Position numbers and translations under genes: made by a program
The notes under the pieces: model-generated
Told to the model about the DNA's origin: nothing
Databases searched by the model: none
Seen by the model: only the letters and a program-made list of their open reading frames with translations
NCBI GenBank assembly: GCA_041649895.1
Contig: JBAZMG010000006.1
Location: 1 to 23,655 of the forward strand
Direction: 5' to 3'
DNA from: Minisyncoccota bacterium
Lineage (GTDB): Bacteria > Patescibacteriota > Minisyncoccia > Minisyncoccales > Minisyncoccaceae
Length of the DNA: 23,655 nucleotides
Shown here: piece by piece, positions 1-6,104 of the stretch
How positions within the stretch are numbered: the first letter of the stretch is position 1
Layout of the letters: each line of letters begins with the position of its first letter

Positions 1-78
1 TTAAAAATTGAATAAAAAGTATTGACGAAATAGTTAATTCTTTTCGTAATATACTATTCCCTATTAATTTCGCAACAT

Positions 79-152
79 CGGGATGTCATATAACGGCATT
101 ATGCAGGCTTCGGGAGTCTGTCATCTGGGTTCAATTCCCAGCATCCCGACCA
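79..152 (+). tRNA. tRNA-Pro (anticodon CGG), CCA encoded
   Basis: Manual cloverleaf: acceptor CGGGATG/CATCCCG (7 bp), anticodon stem CAGGC/GTCTG with loop TTCGGGA, T arm CTGGG-TTCAATT-CCCAG, discriminator A followed by CCA; 74 nt. Confidence 0.85.
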
Positions 153-380
153 TTTTCCAATCTCTGACCATCTGGGAATTGAAGGCGGAGGCGCGACGGC
201 GCCGAGCCGGGCCCGAGGAACACACCAGCAGGTGGGTATCCGAGGGCAATTCCCAGCATCCCGACTATTTTCCAGTCTCTGACTTTTTGGGAATTGAAGG
301 CGGAGTCGCGACGGCGACGAGCCGGGCCCGAGGAACACGCCAACAGGTGTGTATCCGAGGGCAATTCCCAGCATCCCGAC
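132..380 (+). repeat. 115-bp tandem repeat (2 full units plus a 19-nt third start); each unit begins with the tRNA-Pro 3' T-arm/acceptor sequence and contains a GC-rich hairpin module
   Basis: CAATTCCCAGCATCCCGAC at 132-150, 247-265 and 362-380 (period exactly 115); units near-identical apart from a few substitutions. Confidence 0.9.
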
Positions 381-413
381 TATTTTACCCCTCAGTCCCC
401 CATTTTAACCATC

Positions 414-484
414 GGATCCGTATTTCAGTGGTAGAATACTACCTTCACACGGTAGAGATATGAGTTCGATTCTCATCGGATCCA
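414..484 (+). tRNA. tRNA-Val (anticodon CAC), no encoded CCA
   Basis: Manual cloverleaf: acceptor GGATCCG/CGGATCC, anticodon stem CTACC/GGTAG with loop TTCACAC, T arm ATGAG-TTCGATT-CTCAT, discriminator A; 71 nt. Confidence 0.8.
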
Positions 485-501
485 CCCCGTACTAGAGTTT
501 T

Positions 502-527
502 AAAAGCCGCGCTTTTGCGCGGTTTTA
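502..527 (+). terminator. Intrinsic-terminator-like hairpin after tRNA-Val
   Basis: AAAA-GCCGCGC-TTTT-GCGCGGT-TTTT: GC stem followed by a T run; nested inside a longer CCCCGTACT...AGTACGGGG helix (485-558 region). Confidence 0.55.
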
Positions 528-622
528 TAAAACACAGTACGGGGTAGCCCTGTAGTGTGTTTTGGCAAAGCCAAAACTCTACTACGGAGCACCACTTAGT
601 AGTCATCCCCCGTCTTTTAACC

Positions 623-650
623 AAAAACCACCCCAAAAGGGCGGTTTTTT
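623..650 (+). terminator. Second terminator-like hairpin (A-tract, stem, T-tract; possibly bidirectional)
   Basis: AAAAACCACCC-CAAAA-GGGCGGT-TTTTT; 7-bp stem with one mismatch, 6 T downstream, 5 A upstream. Confidence 0.45.
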
Positions 651-667
651 GACGTAAAATCACCCAT

Positions 668-683
668 AGTTCCACGTGGAACG
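668..683. promoter_or_regulatory. parS-like palindrome (variant)
   Basis: AGTTCCACGTGGAACG contains the perfect 14-bp palindrome GTTCCACGTGGAAC; 13/16 match to the chromosomal parS consensus TGTTNCACGTGAAACA. Confidence 0.5.
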
Positions 684-862
684 CCCGAAATTGGCTAAAA
701 TTACCCCTCTTCTACGTATTTATGCGACGAATGACTTGTCATTTTGAGGGAAGGCTTAATGGTTTTACATTTGCATTTCCTAAAATAACGTGGTCGTTAA
801 ATAACAGCACTCCCCTAGCCAATGATCAAATTGGGCTAATTACGACCAAAAATCAGTCAAAA

Positions 863-878
863 AGTTTCCCGTGAAACA
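863..878. promoter_or_regulatory. parS-like site
   Basis: AGTTTCCCGTGAAACA, 14/16 to the parS consensus. Confidence 0.6.
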
Positions 879-1029
879 CTATTTTTCCCGTTTTTCTAGA
901 AAATACGTCCTTTACCGTAAAAACATAGGTCATCTATGTTTTTTAGCCAAACCATATGTCAAAACATTAGAGCTTTCCCTATTTTTACCATATTACCTTA
1001 TATTACGATTTTTACCTATTTCGCCTGAA

Positions 1030-1045
1030 TGTTTCCCGTGAAACA
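1030..1045. promoter_or_regulatory. parS-like site
   Basis: TGTTTCCCGTGAAACA, 15/16 to the parS consensus TGTTNCACGTGAAACA. Confidence 0.65.
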
Positions 1046-1180
1046 CTATTTTGAGTGTTTTTCACCAAAAATAAGGTCACCTCATAAATTTAAGGTAAAC
1101 ATAATTAAAAAACATATACTTACCCTAATTTTTAATGGTCATTAATGATCACCAAAAACTAGTCAAATGCCTTAAAACTA

Positions 1181-1196
1181 TGTTTCACGGGAAACA
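1181..1196. promoter_or_regulatory. parS-like site (opposite orientation)
   Basis: TGTTTCACGGGAAACA is the exact reverse complement of the 1030 and 1523 sites. Confidence 0.65.
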
Positions 1197-1291
1197 TTTT
1201 GCCAAATTATGCAAAATTAAGGTCATTTAACATTTTTGACTAAATGTTATTGCAAAAACTTATCACTTCCCCAATTTTACCTAATGACCTT

Positions 1292-1485
1292 ATGTCCGCA
1301 TAAAGTGCTATTTTCTCTAAAAATGGCCGAAATGAGGTCATCTATGTTTTTTAGGGTAAAGATAAGTTGTTTTAATATGTTTTTACCAAATTATAGAGGT
1401 TGTCTATGTCCACATAATACCCCTTAAGTTCAGTCTACCAACCGGCGAATGTCCACATAAATGTCCACATAATTTATGCGGACAT
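1292..1485. promoter_or_regulatory. DnaA-box-like cluster I (5 boxes); candidate oriC left half or iteron set
   Basis: ATGTCC(A/G)CA at 1292, 1406, 1449, 1461 and inverted TGCGGACAT at 1477; extended 12-mer ATGTCCACATAA. Confidence 0.55.
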
Positions 1486-1522
1486 ACAACAAATATGCTT
1501 AGGAATGATAATTTTTTGCTAG

Positions 1523-1538
1523 TGTTTCCCGTGAAACA
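1523..1538. promoter_or_regulatory. parS-like site
   Basis: TGTTTCCCGTGAAACA, identical to the 1030 site. Confidence 0.65.
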
Positions 1539-1539
1539 C

Positions 1540-1750
1540 CCAAAAAATACACTTTAAAATTTTGGGGTGGACTATATGACTATCCCAATAAAATATCATT
1601 TAGAGGCTTATTTTTTATTTCCATACCCAATATTTTTGCTCACAGTGATGTTTTTTCTTTTTTAGCGGATTTGATATTTTATCAAAAATAAAGTATCAAA
1701 TTATACCTCAATATCTTAACAATAATCCTATTAACTCGCTTAATTTTACC
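1540..1750. other. AT-rich spacer between the box clusters; candidate DNA-unwinding region
   Basis: Long T/A runs (e.g. TTATTTTTTATTTCC, GTTTTTTCTTTTTTAG, TGATATTTTATCAAAAATAAAG); no ORF. Confidence 0.35.
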
Positions 1751-1753
1751 AAT

Positions 1754-1947
1754 ATGTCCGCAAAAATAGCTTATTACTTGATTTATGTCCGCATAAATGG
1801 CTATGTGGACATAAAAAAGCTATGTGGACAAATATGTGGACAAGTATCCCGAAATGTGGACAAATCCGGACATAGCTATGTCCACATAATGTCCGGATAT
1901 GTCCGCATAAATGTCCACATAATTTATGTGGACACGAATCCGGACAT
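1754..1947. promoter_or_regulatory. DnaA-box-like cluster II (13 boxes, both orientations)
   Basis: Three TGTGGACAA sites (1823, 1835, 1855) are the perfect complement of the DnaA-box variant TTGTCCACA. Further ATGTCC(A/G)CA or ATGTCCGGA variants and their complements start at 1754, 1785, 1804, 1865, 1878, 1889, 1899, 1911, 1927, 1939. Confidence 0.6.
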
Positions 1948-2047
1948 TCCAATGCCAACTAAAACATAAAAATGTATTATTTTTTAAATACTTAATGGAT
2001 GCGGATCGCTTTACGCTATTCATTAAAAATAATATAATTAAACCGAT

Positions 2048-2464
2048 ATGACCGCCGCTAATTCAAATCACAAGCTTCAGCTTGGGCAAATAGGGGAGAG
2101 TATAGCTCAAAAATACCTAATATCCAAGAAATACAAAATTTTGGATAAAAACTATTTTTTAAAGACCAAAACAAACCGCAAACTGGGAGAAATAGATCTT
2201 ATTGCCAAAAAGGGGAGTGTGTATGTTTTTATTGAAGTAAAAACAATAGCCGGCCGGGAGGGTAGGCGATTTCCACCCGCGGCAAAAATCAATCGTGTAA
2301 AAATAAAAAAGCTGATAAGGGTGGGGGAGAGCTGGCTTAAAAACCATAAACTTTCTTTGACTGTCCGGTGGCAAATTGATATAATTACTATTGAAATTGA
2401 CATTATTCGCAAAAAAGCCCTGGTCCGGCATTATGAAAACGCGATAGAAGATATTAAAAAATAA
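2048..2464 (+). CDS. yraN: YraN/UPF0102 family endonuclease-like protein
   Basis: 138-aa ORF with the family hallmark GEIDLIAKKGSVYVFIEVKT and typical size. Confidence 0.75.
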   Translation: MTAANSNHKLQLGQIGESIAQKYLISKKYKILDKNYFLKTKTNRKLGEIDLIAKKGSVYVFIEVKTIAGREGRRFPPAAKINRVKIKKLIRVGESWLKNHKLSLTVRWQIDIITIEIDIIRKKALVRHYENAIEDIKK

Positions 2465-2469
2465 ACTCT

Positions 2470-3102
2470 ATGCTTTCAAACCAAACTTTGCTGATCGTTT
2501 TAATTTTTTTCGGTTATCTTTTGGGTTCGATTCCGTTCGGATATCTTGTTGGAAAAATCAAAAATGTTGACATTAGGAAAAAAGGGAGTGGCGCCACAGG
2601 CGCGACCAACGTCTCCCGAACAGTGGGCTTTAAATATGCGATCTTGGTTGCGGCATTGGATATCGCTAAAGCGGTTCTACCTATATATATCGGGAGCCGT
2701 TTTTTTAATCCAAGCTGGAACGCAGATCCCGGGTGGCAAATGGCCCTAATCTCTATTGCTCCGGTATTAGGTCACATATTTCCAGTCTGGCTAAAATTCA
2801 AGGGAGGTAAGGGCGTGTCTGTTATCTTCGCTTGCATTATTATGGTAATGGGCTGGCAATACTCCTTAGTTCTTTTTGTCTTATGGCTGGCGCTCTTATT
2901 GCTTATAAAAACAATGAGTCTGACAAATATCTTAATTTTCCCGATTTTACCGTTCTTGTTTTGGTTCAGGACTCACTCTTGGGTGTATGTCTGGCTTGGT
3001 GTTTTTTATGTCCTTTTAATTTGGTGGGCGCATCGCGAGAATATAAAACGCATACGACAGGGGACTGAGCCGAAAACAATTCATAACAAAAATAAAGAAT
3101 AA
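2470..3102 (+). CDS. plsY: Glycerol-3-phosphate acyltransferase PlsY (acyl-phosphate dependent)
   Basis: 210-aa polytopic membrane ORF with GSIPFGYLVGK, GSGATGATNVSR and GHIFPVWLKFKGGKGV motifs. Confidence 0.85.
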   Translation: MLSNQTLLIVLIFFGYLLGSIPFGYLVGKIKNVDIRKKGSGATGATNVSRTVGFKYAILVAALDIAKAVLPIYIGSRFFNPSWNADPGWQMALISIAPVLGHIFPVWLKFKGGKGVSVIFACIIMVMGWQYSLVLFVLWLALLLLIKTMSLTNILIFPILPFLFWFRTHSWVYVWLGVFYVLLIWWAHRENIKRIRQGTEPKTIHNKNKE

Positions 3103-3127
3103 TAAAGCACGAATTAACTAATATTTA

Positions 3128-3300
3128 GGGCTTAATCCTTTTACAAATGATTAAGGGCGGAGCCGACGGCTTGATTGTACTCAATCACGGGCGCAGGGTT
3201 GACGAACCCGAGCCGGGCCTGAGGAAATTTTCAACAGAAAATTATCTGAAGGACGAGCCGGGACTTGAGCAAAACTTCAACAGGAGCTTATATGAAGGAA
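3128..3300 (+). repeat. Cluster of GC-rich structured modules (candidate ncRNA or leader) just upstream of the pilin array
   Basis: Hairpins CTTAATC/GATTAAG (3131-3155), AGCC-GAC-GGCT (3161-3171), TGATTG-TACT-CAATCA (3172-3187), GGGTT-GACG-AACCC (3196-3209), AATTTTC-AACA-GAAAATT (3226-3243). Invariant linkers GGGCGGAG and CGAGCCGGGCCTGAG are shared with the 181-247, 18599-18660 and 20213-20277 copies. Confidence 0.6.
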
Positions 3301-3320
3301 TCCTCAAACATTGAAAAACA

Positions 3321-4205
3321 ATGAAAAAAACTATAAAAAAACAATTTGCGTTTACATTAATAGAACTGCTTATCGTTATCGCAATAATCGGAATACTCTC
3401 TGCGTTGATTATCGTGGGAATGAATAATGCAACCCAAAAAGCGACAATCGCCAAAGCGCAAGTATTTTCCAATTCACTCCGTAATTCTTTGATGTCTGGC
3501 TTGTTTGCCGAGTATAAGCTCGATGGCAACGCCAGCGACACGTGGGGGACACACACAGCCGGAACAATCAGCGGCGCATCATCTTATGCGTCCTGTATAC
3601 AAAATACTTGCTATAGTTTCGATAGCGATGATGATTATATTGAACTCGCGGATGTCGCGGATTTAAGAATGATAACCGGAGGGACTATTTCCGTTTGGAT
3701 TTATCCAAAAAGCTACGGAGAGGGCACTCTTGGAAGAATAATTGATAAGTCGTCTTCGGGCGATTCCGGTTTAGGTGGTTATACTTTTAGGAATAGTTCT
3801 CTTAATAGATTATTGTTCGTAATAAATGACGGCACCAACACACTTACTCAACAAAACGTAATAACTTATAATCAATGGCAACTTGTGACAACTACTTTTA
3901 ATGATTCCGGTAGAAAGATATACGTTAACGGAATTGATAAAACGGCATCCGGAGGTAATGAAACAGATCTACCTCCCGACAGTACGGGAATAGTGGTTAG
4001 AATTGGAAACTCCGCATATGGAACAACCAGAACTTTTGACGGATATATTGATGATGTTCAAATATATAATCAAGTAATTCCGACTTCCCAAATCCAACAA
4101 AATTACTACGCGGGACTCAACAAACTTTTTGCCAACAGGGGAGTGGAAATATCTGAATACCAACAATGCTTAACTGAATTATCAAACAATTACGCTCAAC
4201 AGTAA
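3321..4205 (+). CDS. Type IV pilin-like N-terminus + LamG/concanavalin-A-like domain protein (paralog 1 of 9, most divergent)
   Basis: MKKTIKKQFA|FTLIELLIVIAIIGILSALI prepilin-type motif with Glu+5; LamG-type hallmarks (YSFDSDDDYIEL, TISVWIYP, FDGYIDDVQIYN); shared C-terminal tail QNYYAGLNKLFANRGVEISEYQQ. Confidence 0.85.
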   Translation: MKKTIKKQFAFTLIELLIVIAIIGILSALIIVGMNNATQKATIAKAQVFSNSLRNSLMSGLFAEYKLDGNASDTWGTHTAGTISGASSYASCIQNTCYSFDSDDDYIELADVADLRMITGGTISVWIYPKSYGEGTLGRIIDKSSSGDSGLGGYTFRNSSLNRLLFVINDGTNTLTQQNVITYNQWQLVTTTFNDSGRKIYVNGIDKTASGGNETDLPPDSTGIVVRIGNSAYGTTRTFDGYIDDVQIYNQVIPTSQIQQNYYAGLNKLFANRGVEISEYQQCLTELSNNYAQQ

Positions 4206-4232
4206 TGTTTGGGTATTCGATACCCAAACATT
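4204..4232. repeat. Intergenic palindrome type 1 (13-bp arms) upstream of an A-type pilin gene
   Basis: AATGTTTGGGTAT-TCG-ATACCCAAACATT, starting inside the stop codon of paralog 1. Confidence 0.8.
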
Positions 4233-4237
4233 GAAAA

Positions 4238-5176
4238 ATGATGAATAGAAATATAAAAACAAATTTGGCATTTACATTGATAGAACTACTTGTGGTTATC
4301 GCAATCATCGGGATTTTATCTGCATTAATTATCATTGGGATGAGCTCGACAACACAGAAAGCTAGTGTTGCCAAGGCGCAGGTGTTTGCCAATTCTTTGC
4401 GCAATTCATTGATGGCGGATATGGTTTCTGAGTGGAAGCTTGATGGAAACACCAATGATACTTGGGCGGCCTCATTTGCAAACAACGGAACCTGGTGGGG
4501 AACGACCGCGCCGAATACCGTCGCAACCTATGGAACTGCGTCCGAATGCGTTTCCGGACAATGTATGGATTTTGATGGCGTGGATGATATGGTGGACTTT
4601 GGGAGCAACGCTTCTTTATCTATGGGAACAAAAGATCACACAGTCTCTTTATGGGTTAAGTTTGATAATGCGACCGCAACAGACATAGACACATTGGTTA
4701 TCTGTGGAGCAATGACGGGAACAGGGAAAGATGGGTATTGGATTACAAGACTTACCGATAGATTATACTTTTATTTTACTGATGGAGAAGGAGCAAATAC
4801 AAGAATTGCCGGCTATTTATCCGCAGCCGGAACATTAATTGCTAATAATTGGTATCAAATAACCGTAACTATGGATAGGGACGGAAATGTAACGGGATAT
4901 ATAAACGGAACATCGCAAATAAGTTGGGCTATTTCTCCTCAGCCTGGAGACGTACAAAATTCCATAAGCTTTCGAATGGGAGCTTTTACTACATCCCTGT
5001 ATCGTCTCGCCGGTAAAATGGATGAAGTGAGAATTTTTCACGCTATTACGACAATATCTCAAATAGAGCAAAACTACTTCGCGGGACTGAACAAACTTTT
5101 TGCCAACAGGGGAGTGGAAACATCAGAATACCAACAACGCTTAACTGAATTATCAAACAATTACGCACGGGATTAA
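4238..5176 (+). CDS. Pilin-like + LamG-domain protein (paralog 2, subtype A); real start may be the second ATG at 4241
   Basis: M(M)NRNIKTNLA|FTLIELLVVIAIIGILSALI; EWKLDGNTNDTW...CMDFDGVDDMVDFG...TVSLWVKFDNA...GKMDEVRIFHAI; preceded by palindrome 4204-4232. Confidence 0.85.
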   Translation: MMNRNIKTNLAFTLIELLVVIAIIGILSALIIIGMSSTTQKASVAKAQVFANSLRNSLMADMVSEWKLDGNTNDTWAASFANNGTWWGTTAPNTVATYGTASECVSGQCMDFDGVDDMVDFGSNASLSMGTKDHTVSLWVKFDNATATDIDTLVICGAMTGTGKDGYWITRLTDRLYFYFTDGEGANTRIAGYLSAAGTLIANNWYQITVTMDRDGNVTGYINGTSQISWAISPQPGDVQNSISFRMGAFTTSLYRLAGKMDEVRIFHAITTISQIEQNYFAGLNKLFANRGVETSEYQQRLTELSNNYARD

Positions 5177-5206
5177 AATGTTTGGGGGTTAAACCCCCAA
5201 ACATTT
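5176..5206. repeat. Intergenic palindrome type 2 (13-bp arms)
   Basis: AAATGTTTGGGGG-TTAAA-CCCCCAAACATTT. Confidence 0.8.
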
Positions 5207-5213
5207 AAAAACG

Positions 5214-6104
5214 ATGAATAGAAATATAAAAACAAAATTGGCATTTACATTGATTGAGCTACTTGTGGTAATTGCAATCATCGGGATTTTATCCGCTTTG
5301 ATCATTATTGGGATGAGCTCGACAACGCAGAAAGCAAACATTGCAAAATCACAAATATTTGCCAATTCTTTGCGCAATTCATTGATGGGGGACATGGTTT
5401 CGGAGTGGAAGCTTGACGAAGGAGCTGGCGATACAATATCTGATACGTGGGGCAGCAATAATGGAACAAAAGCTGGGGCAACATGGGAAGCAATAACAAC
5501 CAACTGCGTCTACGGCAAGTGCTTATCTTTTGATGGTGATGCTGATAATATAAATTTCGGAAATAAAACTGATTTTAATTTGGCTAGCACAAGCCACACT
5601 ATTTCGGTTTGGTTTAAAACAAGTACGACAACTACTGACCATATAATTAGTCGCTTTAACGGCGGAAGTCCCGGCGCTGGATATGTTATTTTTGTGTCCT
5701 CTGGAAAGGTTTGTTTTTCGGAAAGAGCAGACGGGGGAGACTTTCTTGCCCGCGATTCAGCGCTAACCTACAATGATAATTCTTGGCATTTTGTAACTTA
5801 CACGGTTGATATTTCTTTAAAAACAGGGAGGTTTTGCATTGATGGAACTTTTTTGCCCCTGGATACTTATACTGGAAACTTAATAAATTATAATAATAAT
5901 TTATATATCGGTGGACCACAGGTAGGATACTATTTTACTGGCCTAATAGACGATATACGCATATATGATGCCGCAATGCCAGCTTTCCAAATCAACGAAC
6001 AATATTACACCGGATTGAATAAACTTTTGGCAAACAGGGGAGTGGAAACATCTGAATACGAGCAAAGAATCGTAGAATTAAATTATAATTATGCAGAAAA
6101 TTAA
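5214..6104 (+). CDS. Pilin-like + LamG-domain protein (paralog 3, A-type leader, divergent body)
   Basis: MNRNIKTKLA|FTLIELLVVIAIIGILSALI; CLSFDGDADNINFG...TISVWFK...FTGLIDDIRIYDAAM; preceded by palindrome 5176-5206. Confidence 0.85.
   Translation: MNRNIKTKLAFTLIELLVVIAIIGILSALIIIGMSSTTQKANIAKSQIFANSLRNSLMGDMVSEWKLDEGAGDTISDTWGSNNGTKAGATWEAITTNCVYGKCLSFDGDADNINFGNKTDFNLASTSHTISVWFKTSTTTTDHIISRFNGGSPGAGYVIFVSSGKVCFSERADGGDFLARDSALTYNDNSWHFVTYTVDISLKTGRFCIDGTFLPLDTYTGNLINYNNNLYIGGPQVGYYFTGLIDDIRIYDAAMPAFQINEQYYTGLNKLLANRGVETSEYEQRIVELNYNYAEN

Noticed and set aside
132-380. CRISPR array interpretation of the 115-bp repeats (and of the 18842-19066 repeats)
   Set aside because: The units are contiguous tandem copies without unique spacers, the period is far too long, and no cas genes are present.
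83-463. ORFs 83-463 (+), 99-374 (-) and 131-364 (-) across the tRNA-Pro / repeat / tRNA-Val region
   Set aside because: They run through two tRNA genes and the 115-bp tandem repeat, and the repeated amino-acid blocks simply reflect the DNA repeat. There is no coding signature.
1236-2023. Small ORFs 1236-1427, 1746-1958, 1754-1969 and 1820-2023 in the box-rich region
   Set aside because: The translations are dominated by reiterated VHI/CPH/CGH peptides produced by the ATGTCCACA repeats in all frames. The ORFs overlap each other on both strands, and the region is better explained as a protein-binding-site array.
4204-4232. Junction palindromes as classical Rho-independent terminators
   Set aside because: None is followed by a T-tract on the + strand (they are followed by TTGAAAAA/TTTAAAA), and the next ATG is only 5-8 nt away. 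A terminator role is therefore not supported from sequence alone.
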